Assembly: GCA_964590185.1 (NCBI GenBank)
Contig: CAZPVZ010000197.1
Location: 1 to 49,065, forward strand
DNA length: 49,065 nt
Direction of reading: 5' to 3'
Origin: an uncultured Campylobacterales bacterium
GTDB lineage: Bacteria; Campylobacterota; Campylobacteria; Campylobacterales; JAADDG01
Below, one piece after another: positions 28,719 through 36,811 of the stretch. Each line of letters opens with the position of its first letter. The first letter of the stretch is position 1. The notes under the pieces were generated by a model, which was given only the letters and a program-made list of their open reading frames with translations, was not told where the DNA came from and searched no databases. The translations under genes were made by a program, and so were the position numbers.

Positions 28719-29636
28719 ATGATTTTTGAAGACTACTCTTTCATAGAAAACCTCTCTTTAAAAGAGAGGGAGAGGTTTTTCGGGAGCGAGAGGAAGAAAA
28801 AAAGCGAAATATCTCTTCCCCGCTCCAATATGATGGTAAATCCTTTGAATTTGAAGCATATAAACAGGATAGACGAGCTTCCCGCCGATATGATAACCTT
28901 AAATCTTGAAGACGGCGTTAGCGAAAGCAGAAAAGAGGAGGCGCTTTATAACATAGCCCTTTTTTTATCGAATCTTAAAGAGTCGAAATCCTCCGTAGTG
29001 GTAAGAGTCAATCCGATGGATGAGGGAGGAGAAGAGGAGATAAGGTTTTTGGAGGATTTCGGTTTTGACGCCGTTAGAATTTCGAAAGTCAAATCTCCCG
29101 AAGATATAGAGAGAGCTCTCTTTTTAACTTCCAAAGATATCCACATTTCAATGGAGACTAAAGAGGCTTTCGCAAATATAGGCGCTTTGAAGATAGATAA
29201 GCGTTTAACGGTTGCCAATCTCGGTATTTTGGATCTTTTAAATTCTCTCTCCATTTCTCAAAGCGTTCTTTCTTTGGACAATCCGAGTATAGATTACATT
29301 CTTTCCAAATTTTTGATAGAGTGTAAAAGTTTCGATATCTATCCGATCTCTTTTATGTATCAGGATTATAAAAATATAAAAGAGTTTAAAGAGTGGTGTT
29401 TGAAAGAAAAGAGAATGGGTTTCGGAGGGAAGCAGTGTCTCGGTCCTTTACAAGTTCAAGAAGCCAATAAAATCTTTTCCGTAACCGAAGAGGACATAAA
29501 AAAAGCGCGTTATATAGTGGAAGTTTTCGAAAAAAATTCCGAAAAGGGAATTAACGGTTTTATGGATGAAAAATACGGTTTTATAGACGAACCGATATAT
29601 AAAGACGCTCTTTTGATTTTGCGGTTGGGAGTTTGA
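28719..29636 (+). CDS. HpcH/HpaI-CitE-family lyase (citrate lyase beta / malyl-CoA lyase-like)
   Basis: LPRSNMMVNP...ADMITLNLEDGVS matches the CitE N-terminal pattern (RS.L.VP...D....DLED.V). NLGILDL, and a C-terminal GFGGKQCLGPLQV with GINGFMDEKYGFIDEP. It starts 11 nt after the LVIVD gene. Confidence 0.65.
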   Translation: MIFEDYSFIENLSLKERERFFGSERKKKSEISLPRSNMMVNPLNLKHINRIDELPADMITLNLEDGVSESRKEEALYNIALFLSNLKESKSSVVVRVNPMDEGGEEEIRFLEDFGFDAVRISKVKSPEDIERALFLTSKDIHISMETKEAFANIGALKIDKRLTVANLGILDLLNSLSISQSVLSLDNPSIDYILSKFLIECKSFDIYPISFMYQDYKNIKEFKEWCLKEKRMGFGGKQCLGPLQVQEANKIFSVTEEDIKKARYIVEVFEKNSEKGINGFMDEKYGFIDEPIYKDALLILRLGV

Positions 29637-29670
29637 TTTTCGGGAGAGGGGAAGGAAGAGAGAGCCGTTT

Positions 29671-30027
29671 TTAAAACGCGCTTTCTATATATTTTTGCAA
29701 AGAGGAGAGAGTTTGCAAACCTATGACTTTATTTACGATCATGGAATCTTTTACGAAAACTAAAGTGGGTATGCTGGTTACGTTAAATAAAGCCGCAAGC
29801 TCTTTGTCTTCGTCTATGTTTATTTTATAGATCTTTACGCCTTTGTAGTTATCTAACTTTTTTAGGTTTTCTCCGGTAACTTTGCACGGCGGACACCATG
29901 GAGCGTAAAAATCGAGTATTATTTTACCCTTTCTTATCTTTTGAGGATATTCGCTCATCGTGAGACGATCGAACGAAAATAGATTTACGCTTATAACGAG
30001 CAAAAGTAGAGAAAAAAGTTTTTTCAC
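29671..30027 (-). CDS. Periplasmic thioredoxin (signal peptide + WCPPC)
   Basis: Signal peptide MKKLFSLLLLVISVNLFS, a FYAPWCPPCK active site, and cis-Pro context (TSIPTLVF). Confidence 0.85.
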   Translation of the reverse strand: MKKLFSLLLLVISVNLFSFDRLTMSEYPQKIRKGKIILDFYAPWCPPCKVTGENLKKLDNYKGVKIYKINIDEDKELAALFNVTSIPTLVFVKDSMIVNKVIGLQTLSSLQKYIESAF

Positions 30028-30029
30028 CG

Positions 30030-30395
30030 CTACTCCTTAAAATATTTTTTTATACTTTCCTCCATCTCTTTGAGGTTTTTGGCTCCGACTTCTCTTCCTT
30101 TAACTTGGTTGCCTTTGAAATAGAGGATCGTAGGAACATAAGCAATTCCCATTCCAATTGAAAGATTTTTATTTTTCCCCGCATGAACGAAATATATTTT
30201 GAGATTTTTAGGATGCAGTTTTTGAATGGTTTCGTTGAGATCTTTTGAATTCGGATCTTTCGGAACGTAAAAAACTACGATTTTATTGCCGGGAGATTGA
30301 ATTTTTGCCATGAAATCTTTTTCTCCTATCTCTTCGAAGGCAAATAAAGTTACGCTAAATAGAGATACGATAAAAAAAATTAAACTTTTCTTCAT
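30030..30395 (-). CDS. Periplasmic thioredoxin-fold protein lacking the CXXC motif
   Basis: Signal peptide. Same size and fold pattern as the neighbour (VVFYVPKDPNSKD where WCxxC is expected; YVPTILYFKG), and no cysteine in the mature protein. Confidence 0.6.
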   Translation of the reverse strand: MKKSLIFFIVSLFSVTLFAFEEIGEKDFMAKIQSPGNKIVVFYVPKDPNSKDLNETIQKLHPKNLKIYFVHAGKNKNLSIGMGIAYVPTILYFKGNQVKGREVGAKNLKEMEESIKKYFKE

Positions 30396-30491
30396 AATTT
30401 TCCTTTTTTAATGAATTTTAATTTTTAATCCCATCATCTTACAATAAACTCTTTTAAGTTATAATTACGCAAAAAGAAAAAGAGGTGTCGT

Positions 30492-32051
30492 ATGAAATAT
30501 TTGATGAGTATTGATGCCGGAACCGGAAGCGTAAGGGCGGTTATTTTCGATATAAACGGGAGAGAAATCTCCATATCCCAAAGAGAGTGGACTCATCTTC
30601 CTACGAAAGGCGTTGAGGGTTCGATGGAATTTGATTTTAGAAAAAATTGGCCTCTCGTGTGCGAGTGCGTCAAAGAGGCGAGGGCCAAAGCCGGCGTAAA
30701 AGCGGATGATATTTTGGCCGTTACTTCAACGAGTATGAGAGAAGGGATAGTACTGTACGATAAAGACGGAAACGAGTTATGGGCGGTTGCGAACGTTGAT
30801 GCGAGGGCTAAAGAGGAGGTTAGGGAGCTAAAAGAGAAATTTCCGGGAATAGAGGAGGAGTTTTATAAAGAAAGCGGACAGACTTTCGCTTTGGGAGCGT
30901 TGCCGAGGCTTCTTTGGCTTAAAAAAAACAGGCCGGATATTTACGAAAAAGTCTCGAAAATTTCCATGATTAGCGATTGGATTCTTTTCAAATTAACCGG
31001 CATGCTTGCGAGTGACCCCTCAAATGCCGGAACTACCGGAATTTTTTCTCTTGAAAAAAGAGAGTGGGCTCCTTATATGGCAAAGAGAGTCGGGCTTAGA
31101 GACGATATCTTTCCTCCCGTTTTGGAAAGCGGAGAAGTTATGGGAAAGGTTTCGAAAAAAGCTTCTGAAGAGACTCTGTTGAGTCGGGAGAGTTTGGTCG
31201 TTATGGGGGGAGGAGACGTTCAGTTGGGGAGCGTGGGACTTAAAGTGGTCGAAAGCGGAGACGTGGCCGTAATAGGCGGAAGTTTTTGGCAGCAGGTGGT
31301 TAATATTGAGGGTCATAAAGTTCCCGAAGATATGAGTATTAGGGTAAATCCTCACGCCGTTTCCGGCATCTCTCAAGCGGAGGGAATAAGTTTTTTTACG
31401 GGACTTATTATGAGATGGTTCAGAGACGCCTTTTGTCAAATAGAAAAGATGGAGGCTAAAAAGATAGGAGTGGATCCGTATTATCTTTTGGAAGAGATGG
31501 CAAGCAGGGTTCCCGCGGGTTCTTACGGAATCATTCCGATATTTTCCGATGAGATGAATTACGGCAAATGGTATCATGCGAGCCCCTCTTTTTTAAATCT
31601 TTCCATAGATCCGAATATATGCAATAAAAGCGCGATGTTTAGGAGTCTCGAAGAGAACGCGGCGGTAGTTTGCTCGGTAAATCTCGATAAAATCTCCTCT
31701 TTTTCGGGAGTCGATTTTGACGAGGTGGTTTTTGCCGGCGGAGCCAGCAAAGGTTTTTTGTGGCCGCGCATTTTAGCCGACGTTACGGGAAAAAAGGTTA
31801 AAATCCCGGTCGTTAAAGAGGCGACGGCTCTTGGAGGCGCTATTGCGGCGGCCGTCGGAGCCGGAGTTTTTAAGGATATGAAAGAGGGCGCTAAAGAGTT
31901 TGTTAAGTGGGAGAAGAAAATAGAACCGGATATGAACAATCACGAGCTTTATAAAGGTGTTAAAGAGAGATGGAAAAAAGCGTATAAGGCTCAATTGAAA
32001 CTCGTTGACGAGGGCGTTACTTCTTCCATGTGGAAAGCGCCGGGATTATAA
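30492..32051 (+). CDS. lsrK: FGGY-family kinase, autoinducer-2 (DPD) kinase LsrK-like
   Basis: 519 aa. It looks collinear with my recollection of enterobacterial LsrK: DAGTGS(V/I)RAVIFD, PGSMEFD..KNW..ACEC-like start, MREGIVLY, ANVDARA, DPSNAGTTG, GGGDVQLG, FWQQVVN, RVNPH, FFTGL.MRWFRDAFC, LLEEMASRVP, IFSD.M....WYHA.PSF.NLSIDP..CNK, VVKEATALG, and ending LWKAPGL/MWKAPGL. Confidence 0.8.
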   Translation: MKYLMSIDAGTGSVRAVIFDINGREISISQREWTHLPTKGVEGSMEFDFRKNWPLVCECVKEARAKAGVKADDILAVTSTSMREGIVLYDKDGNELWAVANVDARAKEEVRELKEKFPGIEEEFYKESGQTFALGALPRLLWLKKNRPDIYEKVSKISMISDWILFKLTGMLASDPSNAGTTGIFSLEKREWAPYMAKRVGLRDDIFPPVLESGEVMGKVSKKASEETLLSRESLVVMGGGDVQLGSVGLKVVESGDVAVIGGSFWQQVVNIEGHKVPEDMSIRVNPHAVSGISQAEGISFFTGLIMRWFRDAFCQIEKMEAKKIGVDPYYLLEEMASRVPAGSYGIIPIFSDEMNYGKWYHASPSFLNLSIDPNICNKSAMFRSLEENAAVVCSVNLDKISSFSGVDFDEVVFAGGASKGFLWPRILADVTGKKVKIPVVKEATALGGAIAAAVGAGVFKDMKEGAKEFVKWEKKIEPDMNNHELYKGVKERWKKAYKAQLKLVDEGVTSSMWKAPGL

Positions 32052-32071
32052 TTTTAGAGGAAGGAAAAAAG

Positions 32072-32443
32072 ATGTATCTAACCAACGAAAAAGAGCATGA
32101 GTACAGGTTTAAGGATCACGGACCCAAATATCTTACTAAAGGTCCCAACGTCGATATGGGAGTCGTCGTTATCACTCCGGGAGAGGAGCATCCTTGTCAT
32201 AAACACGAAAAACAGGAGGAGTCTTTTTTCGTATTGGAAGGGGAGTGTTCCGTTTACGTGGACGGGAAAAAAGTGGTTTTGAAAAAGGGTGATTATCTTA
32301 TATGTTCTCCCGGTGAGGCTCATTACTTTCATAACGAGAGCGATGCGGATTTTAAAGCGGTTTTTATAAAGGCTCCCCATTTGGAGGAGAAAGATAGCGT
32401 TTATATCGATTGGAAACCCGGACAAAAATTTATAAAAGAGTAA
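32072..32443 (+). CDS. Metal-binding cupin-domain protein
   Basis: Canonical cupin motif 1 (PGEEHPCHKHEKQEESFFVLEG: HxHxxxE) and motif 2 (SPGEAHYFHN). I start it at ATG 32072, after the GGAAGGA RBS and 20 nt past the lsrK stop, not at the track start 32030, which overlaps lsrK. Confidence 0.8.
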   Translation: MYLTNEKEHEYRFKDHGPKYLTKGPNVDMGVVVITPGEEHPCHKHEKQEESFFVLEGECSVYVDGKKVVLKKGDYLICSPGEAHYFHNESDADFKAVFIKAPHLEEKDSVYIDWKPGQKFIKE

Positions 32444-32446
32444 AGT

Positions 32447-33388
32447 ATGGCGGTAGATTTCGTAAAAGATAAAGATCCTCACATAATTAAGGTTGAGAGA
32501 AAATCTACGCCTTTGGAGAAAAAAGCTCCTTTGGTGGCGACTGCGGTATCGCTTTTTTTGGCGATTATAAAACTTGTTTTCGGAGTGGTTAGCGGTTCCG
32601 TGGCTCTTTTGGCTTCGGCCGTAGATTCCATTATGGATATGTTCGTTTCCGTTTTTAACTTTTTGGCGATCAGACTTTCGGATAGGAGTCCGGACGAACA
32701 GTTTCCGTTCGGATACGGTAAAGTCGAAGCTTTGGCGGCGGCTTTCGAGGGACTTGTCGTTACCGTTTCCGGATTTTATATTATTTATGAGGGCGTGATG
32801 AAAATAGTTCGTCACGAAAGCGTGGAAAAGGTCGGTTCTTCGATAGCGGTTATGGTAATTTCGATCGTTACCGTGGGACTTTTGGTATGGTTTTTGTCCT
32901 ATGTTTATAAAAAAACGGGCAATATGGTTATAAAAGCCGATTTGCTTCACTACAAAACCGATCTTTTTAGCAATTCGGCCGTTTTGCTCTCTTTGGGAAT
33001 CATCTATTTTACGAACTGGTTTTGGGTGGATGCGGTTTTCGGTATGGCTATAGGAGCTTATATCGTAAAGGAAGCCTTCGAGCTTATAAAAGAGGGCGTT
33101 TTCGTATTGCTTGACGCCTCTTTGCCGAGAGACGAGGTTGAAAAGATAGAAGAAATCATAACGACGGACGAGAAGGTTAGCGATTTTCATTTTTTAAAAA
33201 CCAGACAAGCCGGCAAGGTTAAGTTCGTCGAGGTTCACATAGTTTTAAGACCCGATATATCTCTTCTTGATGCTCATAAAATAGGAGACGAGATAGAGGA
33301 GAAGATAAGAGATATAGATAAAGAGCATATATGGCATATTCTTATACATTTGGATCCGTATGACGATTCCAAAGATCATTCCGTATAA
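32447..33388 (+). CDS. Cation diffusion facilitator (CDF) family metal efflux transporter
   Basis: Six TM helices with SGSVALLASAVDS and HYKTDL motifs, and a C-terminal cytoplasmic domain (VHIVL....S...AH.I.D.IE..I). 313 aa. Confidence 0.85.
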   Translation: MAVDFVKDKDPHIIKVERKSTPLEKKAPLVATAVSLFLAIIKLVFGVVSGSVALLASAVDSIMDMFVSVFNFLAIRLSDRSPDEQFPFGYGKVEALAAAFEGLVVTVSGFYIIYEGVMKIVRHESVEKVGSSIAVMVISIVTVGLLVWFLSYVYKKTGNMVIKADLLHYKTDLFSNSAVLLSLGIIYFTNWFWVDAVFGMAIGAYIVKEAFELIKEGVFVLLDASLPRDEVEKIEEIITTDEKVSDFHFLKTRQAGKVKFVEVHIVLRPDISLLDAHKIGDEIEEKIRDIDKEHIWHILIHLDPYDDSKDHSV

Positions 33389-33412
33389 ATTTTAATCGAG
33401 GGGGAGCGGTTT

Positions 33413-33919
33413 ATGAATCTGAAACCGGAAAATTTCAAATCTCTCTTTGAGATAATAAAAAATTATCCCATGTCGCACGTTCTTCATATAGACGAAGGCA
33501 ATAGAGAGATAATAGAAACTTTTTTGGATTTTGTAAGGGATAAGGAACTGGTTTATCATTTAAACGTTATGGACAAAAGGCTTTTTGAAGAGTTAAAGAG
33601 CGAATTTGCGGATATGGAGCATTGTAAAATTAGAGATTTCTCTTTCGAACAGGATAGATATACGAAACATTCCGTTTTGTACGATACCGCTTTCGTTACC
33701 GCGGATATTTCGAAAGTAAAAGATTTGAAAGAGGTTTTGAAAAAACTGTATAGAGTTATGAAAAATTCCGGAGACGTTGTTTTGTTTGTCGGAGAGATGA
33801 GAGAGAAAATTGCGAATCTGCTCGTGGATCTAAATTACGTCGCGGTTAATACGATAGAGGGATTCGAGCCTTTTATCGTTTTGACGGCTAAGAAGATGCA
33901 CGGTTGGAAAAAGGTTTGA
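33413..33919 (+). CDS. Hypothetical protein, possibly a degenerate class-I methyltransferase-like fold
   Basis: 168 aa, last gene of the lsrK operon. Only a weak LKKLYRVMKNSGDVVLF pattern, and no clear SAM motif I. Confidence 0.35.
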   Translation: MNLKPENFKSLFEIIKNYPMSHVLHIDEGNREIIETFLDFVRDKELVYHLNVMDKRLFEELKSEFADMEHCKIRDFSFEQDRYTKHSVLYDTAFVTADISKVKDLKEVLKKLYRVMKNSGDVVLFVGEMREKIANLLVDLNYVAVNTIEGFEPFIVLTAKKMHGWKKV

Positions 33920-33920
33920 A

Positions 33921-33950
33921 GCAAAAGGGATTGAACCCTTTTGCTTTTTA
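33921..33950. terminator. Bidirectional rho-independent terminator
   Basis: Perfect 9-bp stem GCAAAAGGG / CCCTTTTGC (33921-33929 and 33936-33944), a 6-nt loop, then TTTTT. It lies between convergent genes. Confidence 0.75.
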
Positions 33951-35642
33951 GTCTATATCGTTTTTTAGAAGATAGGCGAGTTTTTTTAGATTTTCGTCCA
34001 TAACGGGAGTGTTTTTTATGATATATAGAAGCTGGGCGTCGCTTAGTCTGCTTTTTTGTTGAAATTTGGGTTTTAGTTTGCTCCAAAACTTTCTTACTCT
34101 CTCCAGATGGGCTTTCGCTTTCGGAGTTTCCGCTTCCAAACTTCCGAAATTCTTATCTCCTTTTAAAATATTGCTGAATATTAAAATGGAACCGTTTAGT
34201 TTTTTTCTATTTTCTTTGGGATCTATGTTCCCTTCTATTAAGAGTCTCTCTTTCGCCATTTTTTGAAGAAGGTATCTCTCTCTTTGAACGAGCGCCACTT
34301 TATGAGCCGTGTATGTTCCTATCGAGGAGTCCTCTTGCATGATTCTTTGGACTCTTAAAGTGAAAGCGTTCGTTTTTCTAAGAAGCTTTTCGTTGTTGTT
34401 TAAAACGTACAAAAGAGCGTCTCTGTCTATCTTGCCCGATAGAAATTTTTTTACGTTTTCGTAGAAAGGTTGCCACTCTTTATCTATCTCCGATAGCTGT
34501 TTTCTCGCTATTTTATCCGTAATTTTGGGTATTCCGGCCTTTTCGTCTCCGTTTATGAACGCTTTTAGCGTTTTATCGAACTGCAAGGAGCTTTCTTTCA
34601 AATTTTCAAGATGTTTTTCCGGTTCGACTCCCATTATCGTTAATATTATCTCTTTAACCATTTTTTGGGTTCGGGCTTGTTGGAGATAGGCTTCGTTTAT
34701 CAGTTTGTCGTTTTGACTGATCGCTTTTTCGAAAGAGTTTACTATCTGGGATATTTTGGAGATTTTGATTTGTCTTTTTATCGACTGTTCGTACATTTTG
34801 ACGGCTTTGTCCATCTCTTTGAGAGTCAAAGCCAAAGCGTCCGTTATGGCTTTTAATCTCTTTTTAGAGTATTTTTCTTCGTTTAGCGTAGGTTTTATCT
34901 GATCCCAATAACCTTTTACGATAAGAAGCTGCTGTTTTATGTTGTTTAATTTGCATCCTTTGCTTCCTATCTCCTTATCTCCGTAAAGGAGGGCTTTTAA
35001 ACTTCTATCGAAAAGGTTTATCGTTTTTTTCAACTCTTTTTTATTTTTTTCCGGTTCTATTCCCAAATCTATCAAAAGGAGCTCTTTAGACATCTTTTGA
35101 GTGAGCATCCTTTGTCGTCCGGCTATGTTTATGTCGTTTGCTATGTCTATTTTTAGTTTGGATAGGTTTCCGCTTTGTTCCACGAACATCGTAACGGCTT
35201 TATGCATATTTTTTAGAAGCGGAACGTTTTTGCGGGAAATATTTAATAAAACCTCTCTTGAGGTGTTTCCTTTCAAAATCTCTTGCAGATCCTTTTTGAA
35301 ATCTTCCCACAGCTTTTGAACTTTTCTCAGTTGCGTCTGTATGCTTTTCGAATTCGTTTTTGCGAGTCTTAACTCTTTATCCCCGTGCATCAGACCGTTT
35401 AATGTTTTTTCGAAAAGTTTCATGGAACTTTCAAGGTCTTTTTTGTTTTTTTCTACATCTATTCCCTCGGCTATTAAAAGAGCGTCTTTAGACATCTTTT
35501 GAGTGAGCATTCTCTGTTTGCCGGCTAAGTTGATGATGATTCCCATCTCTTTGTCGGTTATGGCAAACAGAGCGCTTGAGGTTAAAAACATTAACGTCAA
35601 AAAGGATAAAATGACTCTTTTAAACGCGTTGAACTTTTGCAA
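33948..35642 (-). CDS. Stand-alone periplasmic protein with four PilJ-N / NarX P-box-like sensor repeats
   Basis: Signal peptide. Four ~130-aa units, each opening with a P-box-like motif (INLAGKQRMLTQKMSKDALLI; INIAGRQRMLTQKMSKELLLI; AYLQQARTQKMVKEIIL; ALVQRERYLLQKMAKERLLI) and ending with a W-containing helix (KLWEDFK, GYWDQIK, KEWQPFY, KFWSKLK). No TM or output domain after the signal peptide. Confidence 0.7.
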   Translation of the reverse strand: MQKFNAFKRVILSFLTLMFLTSSALFAITDKEMGIIINLAGKQRMLTQKMSKDALLIAEGIDVEKNKKDLESSMKLFEKTLNGLMHGDKELRLAKTNSKSIQTQLRKVQKLWEDFKKDLQEILKGNTSREVLLNISRKNVPLLKNMHKAVTMFVEQSGNLSKLKIDIANDINIAGRQRMLTQKMSKELLLIDLGIEPEKNKKELKKTINLFDRSLKALLYGDKEIGSKGCKLNNIKQQLLIVKGYWDQIKPTLNEEKYSKKRLKAITDALALTLKEMDKAVKMYEQSIKRQIKISKISQIVNSFEKAISQNDKLINEAYLQQARTQKMVKEIILTIMGVEPEKHLENLKESSLQFDKTLKAFINGDEKAGIPKITDKIARKQLSEIDKEWQPFYENVKKFLSGKIDRDALLYVLNNNEKLLRKTNAFTLRVQRIMQEDSSIGTYTAHKVALVQRERYLLQKMAKERLLIEGNIDPKENRKKLNGSILIFSNILKGDKNFGSLEAETPKAKAHLERVRKFWSKLKPKFQQKSRLSDAQLLYIIKNTPVMDENLKKLAYLLKNDID

Positions 35643-35685
35643 AGGTGTCTCCTTTTATCTCTCCGTAGTAAATTTATTCTACCGT

Positions 35686-36789
35686 TTATTTTATTTTGGG
35701 TACTTTAATGACCATGCCGACCGTAACCATGTTAGGATTCGTTAAAATATCCTTATTCGCTTCCGCTATCAATTTATATTTATAAGGATCGTTGTATATC
35801 TTTTTGGCTATGTTCCAAAGATTATCTCCCTCTTTTATTTTAACGAGGGTATAATCTTTTTCAACTTTTAAAATATCTATTTTCGAAGTCGAAACCTCTT
35901 TTAAAAGACCGACTACGTACTCTTTGTTTTTGCCGGTTGCCTGTTTGCCGACTTCGTTTATTATCTCTTTTATCAGATCTTTTTTGGATTTCGGTTTTAT
36001 CTTTACCGCGTTTTCCGTAGGAGTTTCTTCGTCTATCAGCGACGCAAGTTTATCGTCTTTGATCTTTATTCCGGCGCTCGCTATCAGCTTTTTGAGATTT
36101 TCTCTAAATAGGATTTTAGATGTTTTTTCGTCCTCTTTTACGGAAACGGGTTTGATTTCCTCCTCTTTAGATGAGAGTACGGGTTCTTTTTCCAATATCT
36201 TTTCGGCTTCTTTGCCAGATACCGAGGCCGTTTTGTCTCCTCCGAGTCTAACCACGTTGTCTCCCGCCGAATCCTCCGCCTCTTTCGCTAACATGTCCGC
36301 ATATTTCTCTTCTTCGCTTTTCTCTTTTTTCGGAGTGCCGAAAGAGGTTTGCGCGCCTTTTATCACGACGGCGTTTTCCGGTCTCATATCTTCGTCGGCT
36401 TCTTGTTCGAGCATGCTTTGATAGCTGTTTTGAGAAACTGCCGAGCGCGTTATTTTCTTTAAAGCCTCCTTTTTATCTTCCGAAGAAGCTTTTTGGGCCT
36501 CTTTTTTTATTTCTATGCTTTTGACTTTTCCCGTCAGAAGGTTTTCAAGAGCGTTTTTTTTGATGGAGACTTCCTCTCTTTTTTCGTTTTCTTTTTTAGC
36601 CGCCGTTTTTGCGTTTTCGTTCTCTTTTGCTTTAGGGGGGGAGCCGTTTTCTTTTTTGACGCTCTCTTTAACCGTATTAACCGTGTTGTCGGCTGCCGGC
36701 GTCGAAGGTGTCGAGTTGCCCATGTTCAAAAGCCCCAGCTGCCATATGATTATGGATCCTACGATTATAAAAAGTATGAATTTCCACAT
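35686..36789 (-). CDS. Membrane-anchored LysM-domain protein with a long K/E-rich linker
   Basis: N-terminal TM (MWKFILFIIVGSIIIWQLGLL), low-complexity K/E/A region, and a C-terminal LysM (YTLVKIKEGDNLWNIAKKIYNDPYKYKLIAEANKDILTNPNMVTVGMVIKVP). Confidence 0.8.
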   Translation of the reverse strand: MWKFILFIIVGSIIIWQLGLLNMGNSTPSTPAADNTVNTVKESVKKENGSPPKAKENENAKTAAKKENEKREEVSIKKNALENLLTGKVKSIEIKKEAQKASSEDKKEALKKITRSAVSQNSYQSMLEQEADEDMRPENAVVIKGAQTSFGTPKKEKSEEEKYADMLAKEAEDSAGDNVVRLGGDKTASVSGKEAEKILEKEPVLSSKEEEIKPVSVKEDEKTSKILFRENLKKLIASAGIKIKDDKLASLIDEETPTENAVKIKPKSKKDLIKEIINEVGKQATGKNKEYVVGLLKEVSTSKIDILKVEKDYTLVKIKEGDNLWNIAKKIYNDPYKYKLIAEANKDILTNPNMVTVGMVIKVPKIK

Positions 36790-36811
36790 AATATCGTAAC
36801 TCCTTTTTTGA

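Noticed and set aside
32078-33190. 370-aa minus-strand ORF covering the cupin and CDF genes
   Set aside because: It is antisense to two ORFs with clear family motifs. Its translation is R/K/F/N-rich junk with no recognisable domain.
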